A stretch of DNA of 64,000 bases from an uncultured Candidatus Saccharibacteria bacterium (GTDB taxonomy: Bacteria > Patescibacteriota > Saccharimonadia > Saccharimonadales > JAUPVS01): NCBI GenBank assembly GCA_964410185.1, contig CAYPFM010000001.1, positions 208,860 to 272,859 of the forward strand. The letters run 5' to 3'. A model generated the notes under the pieces. It was not told the DNA's origin. It was given only the letters and a program-made list of their open reading frames with translations, and ran no database searches. This document shows positions 10,445 to 18,458 of this stretch, in pieces; positions within the stretch are counted from its first letter, which is position 1, and each line of letters begins with the position of its first letter. The translations under genes were made by a program, and so were the position numbers.

Positions 10445-10611
10445 ACACTGGTTATATTGACAATTAAATTGCCGGAATCAGGTGCGAATCCTGAGCTGTG
10501 CCGCAACTGTAAGCAGATTAATCTGTAAGCCAGACACGGTGTTAAATCTCCCGAGCAGGAGTAAGGCTATTTTTAGCCACCCCCTCGCTCGGTAGTCGAA
10601 CGAGGGTTTTT
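10445..10611 (+). promoter_or_regulatory. cobalamin-riboswitch-like leader ending in an intrinsic terminator
   Basis: GCCGGAAtcaGGTGCGAATCCtgaGCtGtGCCGCAACTGTAA (10471-10512) matches the remembered B12 aptamer core (GGGAA-n3-GGTG-n-GAATCC-n3-GC-G-CCCGC-ACTGT). AAGCCAGACAC at 10527-10537 resembles the B12-box end. The terminator (10582-10611) abuts the ATG at 10613. Confidence 0.5.
10582..10611 (+). terminator. intrinsic terminator (expression platform of the leader)
   Basis: ccctcgctcgg-tagt-cgaacgaggg stem followed by TTTTT. The 5' half (gctcgg, 10587-10592) can instead pair with cccgagc at 10550-10556. Confidence 0.55.
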
Positions 10612-10612
10612 A

Positions 10613-12145
10613 ATGCTTCCAGCCACTGCCGAAATGGTTCACCAGTCTCTAGAACAGCCGCCGATGGCTATCCTGGTGCCAGAGATGTTGGAAGACGAGT
10701 TGGTGCGCCGGCGAGCCGATCGTTTCATCCGCTTCGCGGGGGCAGTGGGGGTGGCCGAGCAAGTCCAAGTTGAAGCGGTCGATCGGGAACACACCCCGGA
10801 GGAGCAAACAACCAGCTTGATGGACTCAATTCACCGCGCTGCTTGGGGCGATCAGATGGCGCGCAAAATGGTGGAAATAAATACCCGAACTGACATGATT
10901 GAGCGCACCATCAAGGCCGGCCATATCATCGCGGTTGATATTTTTGAAGACGATGACGGTAACTTGGTGCAATATGGCCAAAGCATGGAGTCAATCCAGG
11001 CCAACACCCTCCGTTTCGCGGCCGATACTGCGGCCATGCGCGAGCGCGCCGAAGCCGAAACGCATAACACCTTCCGGATTAAACAGTTCCACGAACAGGG
11101 TCTACTCAAGGATTACAACTTTGTGGTAATTTCACGTTTCCCCGATCGCCAGAGCATGTCGATTCAAGAAGCCAAAAAAGCCGGTTTCTTTGTAGACACT
11201 ATGTCGGCCGCCATTCAGGTCACGGGGACTGGCCCACATGGTTTACAGACCGAATCAGCCTTCGTGGCTGGTGTGAGCGGTCCTGATGCTCAGCCGCACG
11301 ACGAGGCCGCTATAATTGCCCTTGGCCAGGCTTTCGAAGTTGATTACTCGGGCAAGACAGCCGCTCAAATTATCGATATGCCTCTGTTGATACATAAAGA
11401 CGCCATGCCAAACGGTGTCTCCGACCTCGTCAAGCTCTATGATCAGTTTGCTGGCGGCACCTTCTTTGGTCAGAATGAGCCAGCTCAAGACTATCAAGCC
11501 TATCGTGAGCAGTGTCGCCAGCGTGAAACTGCCCTGGAGCCAGCCGTCCAAGCGGTTGTCGAGGAACTCATTAACCAAGCTGAACACCTTCATACGCCGC
11601 TTGAGGCAGTCGAAAAGCTAGACGAGCTGTCCGAGCGCGATATGGTAAGGTATAGCGTCAAGTATGATCACTCGATAGACCCACTGGTGTTTGGCGAAGA
11701 GGCGGCAGGCTATATCCGGCAAGCCAGAGCCTACGAACTAGAAGGTGACACGCAAAGTGCCGAGCGAGCTACCGAACGGGCCCAAGAAACGGCCGTCTCA
11801 AGCTCCTGCCCAACCGCGCGCAAAGCGGCTAACGAGGCCAACGAGCAAGAGGAGGTCGAGGTTATTGAATCACCCGAGTCAAAGGCCGGTAAGATCCGTT
11901 GCATCAAGTGCCGAGAGTACGTTAATAAGCGGGAAGTGGTGAAGGCTAAATCCTGGTGTTGTCCAAAGTGTAAGTACGAGGTTGATATATGCAACGGCAA
12001 GGTGCTGAACGAGGCTCAACCTAAACCACAAGCTGAGCCAGAGGCGCATCCCGTAGCAGAAGTGATTTCGTTAGTAGACAAACGCCAACCAGTCGAGTTA
12101 GCTAGCAACTTGCCCAAAGAAGATAGTACAATGAGAGCAGCATAA
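10613..12145 (+). CDS. hypothetical protein with C-terminal CxxC...CxxC zinc ribbon
   Basis: 510-aa ORF. CIKCREY...CCPKCKYEVDIC near the C-terminus. I recognise no other family. Confidence 0.6.
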   Translation: MLPATAEMVHQSLEQPPMAILVPEMLEDELVRRRADRFIRFAGAVGVAEQVQVEAVDREHTPEEQTTSLMDSIHRAAWGDQMARKMVEINTRTDMIERTIKAGHIIAVDIFEDDDGNLVQYGQSMESIQANTLRFAADTAAMRERAEAETHNTFRIKQFHEQGLLKDYNFVVISRFPDRQSMSIQEAKKAGFFVDTMSAAIQVTGTGPHGLQTESAFVAGVSGPDAQPHDEAAIIALGQAFEVDYSGKTAAQIIDMPLLIHKDAMPNGVSDLVKLYDQFAGGTFFGQNEPAQDYQAYREQCRQRETALEPAVQAVVEELINQAEHLHTPLEAVEKLDELSERDMVRYSVKYDHSIDPLVFGEEAAGYIRQARAYELEGDTQSAERATERAQETAVSSSCPTARKAANEANEQEEVEVIESPESKAGKIRCIKCREYVNKREVVKAKSWCCPKCKYEVDICNGKVLNEAQPKPQAEPEAHPVAEVISLVDKRQPVELASNLPKEDSTMRAA

Positions 12146-12153
12146 GCGAAATC

Positions 12154-12705
12154 ATGAAAAAAATCGGCATTTACTCTGGGATATTCGACCCCGTCCACCA
12201 CGGTCATATTTCATTTGCCCAAAAAGCCATGCAAGAGCTGGGACTCGACAAGGTGTATTTTATGGTTGAACCGACTCCCCGACGCAAGACCCAGCAAAGC
12301 GACATTCGGCACCGCCTGAATATGATGTGGCTGGCTTTACGTGATCAGCCTGGGCTGGAGCTGTTACATAGTGACCATCAAACCTTTTCGGTCGCCGAAA
12401 CGCTACCCTGGCTCGAGGCTAAATTCGAAGACGCCAAACTGCACTTCTTGATGGGTTCAGACCGGTTCCTAAAGCTACATACCTGGCCAGGTTTTGAACA
12501 ACTACAATCGAAGGTAAACTTTGTTGTTGGCCAACGGGCCGGTGATGATACCAGTGAAGTCGCTATCGAGCATCAGCCAATTAGGACTGGCTTATCGGAT
12601 CTCGCTTCCTCCGGCGTTCGTAGTCTGCCCACCAATCAGATGGCGACAGTTGTGCCAGACACGGTCGCGCAATACATTCAGGCCGAACAACTCTATACGG
12701 ACTAG
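12154..12705 (+). CDS. nadD: nicotinate/nicotinamide-nucleotide adenylyltransferase
   Basis: GIYSGIFDPVHHGHISFA (cytidylyltransferase HxGH motif), 183 aa. Confidence 0.8.
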   Translation: MKKIGIYSGIFDPVHHGHISFAQKAMQELGLDKVYFMVEPTPRRKTQQSDIRHRLNMMWLALRDQPGLELLHSDHQTFSVAETLPWLEAKFEDAKLHFLMGSDRFLKLHTWPGFEQLQSKVNFVVGQRAGDDTSEVAIEHQPIRTGLSDLASSGVRSLPTNQMATVVPDTVAQYIQAEQLYTD

Positions 12706-14414
12706 TTTTCCTCGCGACCAGTTTCGCTTTGAGAGAATTCTTCGTAGTGAGTCTGTAAATACGCCAGGTGTTTTTCGCGGTACTGCTTGAACTCACTCTT
12801 TTTGAGGCCACTCCGTTTAATAAAGGCGCCAATTTTTTCGGTACCCAAGAAGTGCGGCAAAATGACATAGGCTACCCCTTGGCTATAGAGGTCGGCAGCT
12901 TGCTCAAGCGAATCGGCAGTACAAATAAACACTGTTCGCGGATTATGGGCAGCCAGCCAATTGGCGAGGAACTGGTTAGTCGGGAAGTCAGTAATCATCG
13001 AAACCACCAGCTTCGAGGTCTCCAGGTTAATTTCACTCAGTAGCTCTAGATCGGTCGCATCACCATAGACGTAGCGATTTTGTTTGGCTTCCAGTGTGTC
13101 GATGACATCGGGGTCATAGTCGACCACGACGTAGGGCTTCTTGAGTTGCTCAAAGACATGCAAAAAGTCGCGACCACCTTTATGGTAGCCAAATAGGACG
13201 AGGTCAAAGTGCTCGGTATGTTCGTGCTCGGAGCGGACCTTGTGTCGTTCAAATAGTGACAAATAGCGCTCAAAGAAAGTGTAGAGCTGGTCGGAGTACG
13301 TGATGACATAACTCGACACCGCAATAGTAATCAGAGCCACTACCGTCACCAGAGAGAGGACGGAATTGCTAACCTGACCCAGTTGGTTAGCCAGCAAGAG
13401 GAGAATGAAAGAGAACTCACTAACCTGCGCCCCGGCGATACCAGTCTTAAAGCTGGTTTTCTTGGTGTAACCAGACAGCCCCATGATGGTCATAACGACA
13501 ATTGGATTGCCAACCAAGACAACGGCCGAAAGTAGCAAAGCCCGTGGCAGAATACTGACCACATCTGATAAGACTAGGTGCGAGCCGAGCGATATAAAGA
13601 AAAGTATGATAAAAAAGTCACGCAAGGGCTTGAGCCGTGAGCTGATTTCCTGGGCATATGGTAACGAAGCCAGCGTGACGCCCGCCAGCAAAGCACCGGT
13701 CTCTAAGGAAAAGCCAGCCCAGCTGAAGAGTGTGGCGATACCCAGCCCCCAGCCAATCGCAAATAGGAAAAGAAATTCCTGGGAGTTGGCGATAAAGCGG
13801 TGTAGCTTAGGTAGGATTACCATACGCATCAGCACCAACCCAGCGACCAACAAGGCCATCTTGGTGAGCAGCCAGCCAACGTTCTCGATGTCCAGTCCGC
13901 CCTTGGCGCTGGCCGAGACACCAATCAGCACCAGGGTGGCAATAAGGTCTTCTACCAGCAAGAAACCAATTGAAATCTTGCCGTACAACCGATTTTGTTC
14001 TTTTTTGTCAGTTAGCAGCTTCAGGATAATAATCGTACTCGAGAAGGAGAGGGCCAGACCTAAATAGAGCGAAGTCAGGTTAGAGTACCCAAAAAGTTTA
14101 CCTAAGCTGTAGCCCACAAGGGTGGCAATCGTCACCTTGCCAATGCCAATCAGGGCGGCGATTTTCCCAACCTCCTTAATGACACGTGGGTTCAAGCCCA
14201 GCCCAACGATTAAGAGCAGGAGGGCAATACCGAATTGTGCGAAAATTTCGATACTTTCAGCTGACCCAATAACGCGCAAAACGGTGGGACCAACGACGAT
14301 ACCAGTGAGGATGTAGCCGATAATCATCGGCTGCCGAATAATGCGCATAAATAGGCTGATTAAGACGCCAATTGCGATGACGATGCTGAGGTCGGTAAAA
14401 GTAGCGCTGTGCAT
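12702..14414 (-). CDS. cation:proton antiporter (CPA2/Kef-type) with C-terminal RCK/TrkA-N domain
   Basis: ORF 12702..14477. I prefer the ATG at 14414 (MHSATFTDLSIVIAIG). Polytopic N-terminal part and a C-terminal Rossmann-like LVLFGYHKGG...VVVDYD region. Confidence 0.8.
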   Translation of the reverse strand: MHSATFTDLSIVIAIGVLISLFMRIIRQPMIIGYILTGIVVGPTVLRVIGSAESIEIFAQFGIALLLLIVGLGLNPRVIKEVGKIAALIGIGKVTIATLVGYSLGKLFGYSNLTSLYLGLALSFSSTIIILKLLTDKKEQNRLYGKISIGFLLVEDLIATLVLIGVSASAKGGLDIENVGWLLTKMALLVAGLVLMRMVILPKLHRFIANSQEFLFLFAIGWGLGIATLFSWAGFSLETGALLAGVTLASLPYAQEISSRLKPLRDFFIILFFISLGSHLVLSDVVSILPRALLLSAVVLVGNPIVVMTIMGLSGYTKKTSFKTGIAGAQVSEFSFILLLLANQLGQVSNSVLSLVTVVALITIAVSSYVITYSDQLYTFFERYLSLFERHKVRSEHEHTEHFDLVLFGYHKGGRDFLHVFEQLKKPYVVVDYDPDVIDTLEAKQNRYVYGDATDLELLSEINLETSKLVVSMITDFPTNQFLANWLAAHNPRTVFICTADSLEQAADLYSQGVAYVILPHFLGTEKIGAFIKRSGLKKSEFKQYREKHLAYLQTHYEEFSQSETGREEN

Positions 14415-14533
14415 ATTTGTTTTGCTTATGTTTGGATATATTGTAACGTAAAGCCAGCAAGGAAAGAAATTTTCCATACACTACAGGCTAAAATATTAGC
14501 CGAACACCAGTGTGCACAGCCTCACAAAAATGT

Positions 14534-14562
14534 TTGACAAGCATAAGCAGTCTGTGTAATAC
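14534..14562 (+). promoter_or_regulatory. sigma70-like promoter TTGACA-17-TAATAC
   Basis: Consensus -35 at 14534-14539, a 17-nt spacer, then -10 at 14557-14562. Confidence 0.45.
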
Positions 14563-14678
14563 TAACGGCACTTCGTTCGTAGAGTAAAACTCTAAGAGAA
14601 GATAAAAACAACAAAAAAATAAAGTTCGGCAAGACTGTTTTTACAGTTGGTTCGTGGAGTGCCCCGGAGGGAAAACAG

Positions 14679-14771
14679 ATGCCTGTAAAGGTAAAAGTTA
14701 TGAATTCACCCGAAAAGCGAGTGATCGTCAAAGTGCAGCGCCCATCGTGGCAACGTTTCCTGGTCTACTAG
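14679..14771 (+). CDS. candidate 30-aa basic small protein (below ORF-track cutoff)
   Basis: GGAGGG Shine-Dalgarno sequence 8 nt upstream of ATG 14679. Translation MPVKVKVMNSPEKRVIVKVQRPSWQRFLVY. Promoter upstream and terminator downstream. Confidence 0.3.
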   Translation: MPVKVKVMNSPEKRVIVKVQRPSWQRFLVY

Positions 14772-14786
14772 GAAGTTAGAGCGCGT

Positions 14787-14820
14787 ACAAAAGAAGCCTC
14801 TTCTAAAGAGGTTCTTTTTA
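14787..14820. terminator. bidirectional intrinsic terminator
   Basis: gaagcctctt / aagaggttc hairpin flanked by an A-run and a T-run. Lies just downstream of the minus-strand gene that ends at 14839. Confidence 0.5.
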
Positions 14821-14838
14821 TTGGTTTAAGTGGCCAGA

Positions 14839-15477
14839 CTACTGCTGCGAGGAGTTTTTGATGGCTTCGTCAATGACTTGGCTAAACGCCTCAAGTGAGT
14901 TCGGGTTCTCGATCTTTTTGCCGTTCAGAATAAAGGTTGGCGTACCACTGGCTCCGAAGGCCTGTACTTCGGAAGTGTCAGCGTTGATAGTATTGAGAAC
15001 GGCTTGGCTCGCCATATCTTGCTTAAATTTGGTGATATCTAGGCCAAGACTAGTGGCGTACTGTACAAAGTAGGGGTTGGGATCGCTACTGGCCGACCAG
15101 CTGTTTTGATTTTGGTAAAGCAAATCGTGCATTTCCCAGAATTTTCCCTGTAGGGCGGCGGCTTCTGCGGCACGAGCACCTACCATGGCATTTTGGTGAA
15201 TCTGAACCAAGGGGAAGTTTGCGAAGCGGAAAGTCATTTGATCAGCGTATTTTGTCTGGAGCTGCTTAACGATGGGGTAGAACTGCCCGCAAGCTGGACA
15301 TTGGTAATCGCCATATTCAACCAATGTGACTTTTTTGCCAGTTCCAAGCGTGTGATTAGAGACGGCACTGTTCGAGCTGGATTTACCAGGGGCAGCAGAC
15401 TTAGATTTACTAAAGAAGAAAATACCACCAAAAATAAGCACCAGCGCGGCTAAAATAAGTAAAAATCTTTTATCCAT
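14839..15477 (-). CDS. DsbA-family thiol:disulfide oxidoreductase, membrane anchored
   Basis: N-terminal TM helix, CPAC active site (YGDYQCPACGQF) and a thioredoxin-like fold pattern. Confidence 0.8.
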   Translation of the reverse strand: MDKRFLLILAALVLIFGGIFFFSKSKSAAPGKSSSNSAVSNHTLGTGKKVTLVEYGDYQCPACGQFYPIVKQLQTKYADQMTFRFANFPLVQIHQNAMVGARAAEAAALQGKFWEMHDLLYQNQNSWSASSDPNPYFVQYATSLGLDITKFKQDMASQAVLNTINADTSEVQAFGASGTPTFILNGKKIENPNSLEAFSQVIDEAIKNSSQQ

Positions 15478-15552
15478 ATAGGCAATATAATAGCAGATTA
15501 ACCTGAGAAATACCTGGTCTTTTAACGGTGAGGTGGGGTACTATGATGGTAT

Positions 15553-16605
15553 ATGCTCACGCTTATTACCATCATTGGTTTTGCACTCATCACCCTCTTG
15601 GCAATTATTTTGCAAAAGACCTACAGCCAGGTTAGTCCCAAGGAGTTGAAGCGACGGGCCCAGCAGGGTGATGCCAGTGCCAAGATACTGTACCGGGCGG
15701 TGGCCTATGGGGTTAGTCTCAAGGTTTTACTGTGGATTGTCATGGCTGTTAGCACGGCTGGCCTATTCTATGTTGTGGCCACAGGCTTACCGCTGCTAAT
15801 TGCGCTGGCAGCTATCATTGCCCTGTTTGTAGTTGGCTTTGTTTGGCTGCCGAATACCAAAGCCACCAAAGCCAGCCAGCAATTGGCCTGTTGGGTCACG
15901 CCAACCTTGGCCTGGGTGTTGAATTATGTGCATGGTCCACTGCAGGCTCTCGGCCTCTTTGTTACTAATCACTCTAATTTGGCGCGGCACACGCAGCTGT
16001 ACCAAAAAGATGACTTAATTGAGCTGCTTGAACATCAAGAAAAACAGTCCGACAACCGGATAACCCAACAAGAGATTGATATGGCCGTACACGCCCTAAC
16101 CTTTGGCGACCGTCTGGTGCGTGATATTTTTATACCTTTCAGCCAAGTAAAAACCGTCAAGCTTACGGACAGCCTCGGTCCAGTATTGATGGGTGAACTA
16201 CATGACAGCGGCCATTCACGTTTCCCCGTTTACGACGGTAAATCCGATAATATCGTCGGTATATTGTATCTCCATGATCTGTTGAAGGAGCAACATGGCG
16301 GCAGCGTCCGGAGCATCTATCACAAACAAGTGGTCTATGCGCACGAAGAGCAAAATCTTTACCAAACGCTCCAAGCCTTTCTTAAAACTAAACGCCACCT
16401 TTTTGTCGTCGTTAATCGTTTCGAAGAGGTGATTGGCATTGTGACAATCGAGGACGTACTGGAACAAATTATCGGTCAGCCAATTGTCGACGAGTTTGAT
16501 CAGTATCAAGACATACGGGCTGTAGCCATGCGTATGGCCGAAAAAATTCACAAACAACAAAAACACGAAACGCTAACACCTAATGAACCAGAGGTGGTAG
16601 AATAG
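15553..16605 (+). CDS. CNNM/DUF21 transmembrane protein with CBS pair (HlyC/CorC family)
   Basis: N-terminal TM region, then EIDMAVHALTFGDRLVRDIFIPF...GHSRFPVYDGKSDNIVGILYLHDLL. Confidence 0.8.
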   Translation: MLTLITIIGFALITLLAIILQKTYSQVSPKELKRRAQQGDASAKILYRAVAYGVSLKVLLWIVMAVSTAGLFYVVATGLPLLIALAAIIALFVVGFVWLPNTKATKASQQLACWVTPTLAWVLNYVHGPLQALGLFVTNHSNLARHTQLYQKDDLIELLEHQEKQSDNRITQQEIDMAVHALTFGDRLVRDIFIPFSQVKTVKLTDSLGPVLMGELHDSGHSRFPVYDGKSDNIVGILYLHDLLKEQHGGSVRSIYHKQVVYAHEEQNLYQTLQAFLKTKRHLFVVVNRFEEVIGIVTIEDVLEQIIGQPIVDEFDQYQDIRAVAMRMAEKIHKQQKHETLTPNEPEVVE

Positions 16606-16724
16606 TTTTGATATGACTACTTGGTATAACAACGATACGAACCCTAGGGTCGGCCACTGCTAGACGCGCAGCCGGCTGATGACCCTGCACGAGTCGTTAT
16701 ACAAGCAAACAAGGAGAGAATTAA

Positions 16725-18047
16725 ATGAGAGTTTTGAGCGATGAAGTCATCAAGCATGTTGGCAAGCCTATCCAAATCGAAGGTTGGTTACACAAAAAGC
16801 GACTAATGGGTGGACTGGCGTTTATTAATGTCCGCGATCGTCGCGGCCTGGTGCAGGTGGTTGTGCAGGATAAGGACGAAGTTGAGAAGCTGCGTGGGCA
16901 ACAAATTGGCACGGTACTACGGGTGAGCGGCACAGTAGTTGAGGAGCCCCGTGCTCCTGGTGGCGCCGAGCTGCACGATCCCGAACTGACGGTGTTAGTC
17001 CCTGTCACCGATGAACCGCCTATCGAAATTGATAAGCCCCTGAGTCATAAATCAGAACACCTCGAAACCCTATTCGACAACCGTGTTATTGGCCTACGCA
17101 ACCTGCAGGAGCAGGCAGTCTTCAAGACCAAGGCTCGTGTGGCTCAGTCTATCCGGGAGTTTTTTGCCGATAATGAGTTCACCGAAATCCATACGCCAAA
17201 GTTATTGGCCGAGGCTACAGAAGGCGGCGCCGAAGTCTTTCAGCTTGATTACTTTGGTAAGACCGCCACGCTTGCTCAATCGGCACAATTCTACAAGCAA
17301 ATTATGGTCGGTGTTTTTGAGTGTGTTTACGAAATCGGCTCAACCTATCGCGCCGAACTGAGCGCCACCACCCGGCACATGTCGGAGTTCCTGACTGTTG
17401 ACGGAGAAATGGGTTTTGTAACTTTTGACGAGCTCATGAATACCGTTGGTCGCCTGTTGATTCATGTTGTTGATGACACCTGGAAGCACTGTGAACCAAG
17501 CTTTAAGAGCTGGAACGTAGCTAAGGCCAAGCTACCCGCCACTGCCGAGGAGATCCCGCGCATTGCAATCAGTGAAATACACGAAATGTTCCTAAAGGCC
17601 ACCAAAGAAGATCACACTAACGAGGGTGACCTCGCTCCAGCCGAAGAGAAGTGGATTTGCGAATGGGCCAAGAAGAACAAGGGCAGCGACGCCGTCTTTG
17701 TTACCGGCTGGTCAGCCAAAGATAAAACCTTCAAGTTTTATCATAAAGCGAGTCAGGATGACCCGACGATTGCCGAACGAGCCGACCTACTTTTCCGCGG
17801 CATCGAAATCACGACCCTGAGTATGCGCCAAAATGACTACAAGGTACTGGTTGAGCAACTGAAGGCACTTGGTGGTAACCCGGATAACCCGGGCTATGCC
17901 GCTTACTTAAGCGCCTTTAAGTTTGGTATGCCTCCGCACGGTGGTTTTGGTTTGGGCCTCGAACGCTTAGTTGAAAAACTTCTTAACCTCAGTAACGTCA
18001 AAGAAGCGGCTTTATTCCCACGTGATATCAATCGTCTAGCGCCATAA
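16725..18047 (+). CDS. aspS: aspartate--tRNA ligase, short archaeal/type-2 form (possibly non-discriminating)
   Basis: 440 aa with an N-terminal OB fold and class II motifs (FRAE-like YRAELS, GGFGLGLERLV). Confidence 0.85.
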   Translation: MRVLSDEVIKHVGKPIQIEGWLHKKRLMGGLAFINVRDRRGLVQVVVQDKDEVEKLRGQQIGTVLRVSGTVVEEPRAPGGAELHDPELTVLVPVTDEPPIEIDKPLSHKSEHLETLFDNRVIGLRNLQEQAVFKTKARVAQSIREFFADNEFTEIHTPKLLAEATEGGAEVFQLDYFGKTATLAQSAQFYKQIMVGVFECVYEIGSTYRAELSATTRHMSEFLTVDGEMGFVTFDELMNTVGRLLIHVVDDTWKHCEPSFKSWNVAKAKLPATAEEIPRIAISEIHEMFLKATKEDHTNEGDLAPAEEKWICEWAKKNKGSDAVFVTGWSAKDKTFKFYHKASQDDPTIAERADLLFRGIEITTLSMRQNDYKVLVEQLKALGGNPDNPGYAAYLSAFKFGMPPHGGFGLGLERLVEKLLNLSNVKEAALFPRDINRLAP

Positions 18048-18067
18048 GTACGGTATAATAGCCCTAG

Positions 18068-18424
18068 ATGGTGGAAGACACACAAAATACCAATGCTGCG
18101 CAGGGTGCTAGCCCATCAACTGGTGGCTCACTCCAGCCACTGGCGCAAAGCGGCTTACAACCGCAGCCCGAAAATAACCTGCAACTGCCGGCCGGCAATG
18201 ATTTGCAGCAAACCAGTAGCCAGAGCATCAATGCGATTAACCAACTCGACCAAGGCGTGACAGCTATTAATTTGAACGCAGTTAGCAATAACACGGTTGC
18301 GACCACTCAAGTTGCCACTTCCAAGCCCGTAAACACCAAGCCGGTGATTATTTATGCTGGCGCTGGCCTGTTGGTCATCAGCATTATGGGCTACATGACA
18401 TATCGCCTTATGCGAGCACAGTAG
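18068..18424 (+). CDS. hypothetical Gln-rich protein with C-terminal TM anchor
   Basis: 118-aa ORF. Low-complexity N-terminus and a VIIYAGAGLLVISIMGYMTY helix. Confidence 0.45.
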   Translation: MVEDTQNTNAAQGASPSTGGSLQPLAQSGLQPQPENNLQLPAGNDLQQTSSQSINAINQLDQGVTAINLNAVSNNTVATTQVATSKPVNTKPVIIYAGAGLLVISIMGYMTYRLMRAQ

Positions 18425-18458
18425 TTTTCTGCTAGAATAAGCTCAAGCAGAAAAAAAT

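Noticed and set aside
14415-14838. A c-di-AMP (ydaO-type) riboswitch upstream of the K+/H+ antiporter. The minus strand contains CGGGTGAATTC and CACGAACCAACTG, faintly like GGGGUGAAUC and CCCGAAUCCG.CAGCU.
   Set aside because: Only two short, imperfect matches. The pseudo-symmetric second half and the ACGGGG/GGGGACCCA elements are not visible. Left as an open check (cmsearch RF00379).
16606-16724. A T-box or other leader upstream of aspS.
   Set aside because: Only about 120 nt, with no specifier-loop/T-box consensus (AATTAGGGTGGTACCGCG-like) and only a generic GGGTC...GACCC hairpin.
16721-17008. Antisense or shadow ORFs in the track. Examples: 998..1261-, 16721..17008-, 18443..18763-, 22815..23045-, 27398..27751-, 34667..35017-, 46232..46567-, 48934..49299-, 60167..60658-.
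   Set aside because: They lie opposite or out of frame to strongly supported genes, or cross tRNA and att regions. They have biased, low-complexity composition and no start context.
18425-18454. The hairpin ttttctgct...agcagaaaa between 18068..18424 and 18459..20297, considered as an intrinsic terminator.
   Set aside because: The T-run precedes the stem on the plus strand rather than following it. There is no minus-strand gene to terminate, and the next gene starts 4 nt later. It more likely overlaps a TAGAAT -10 element.
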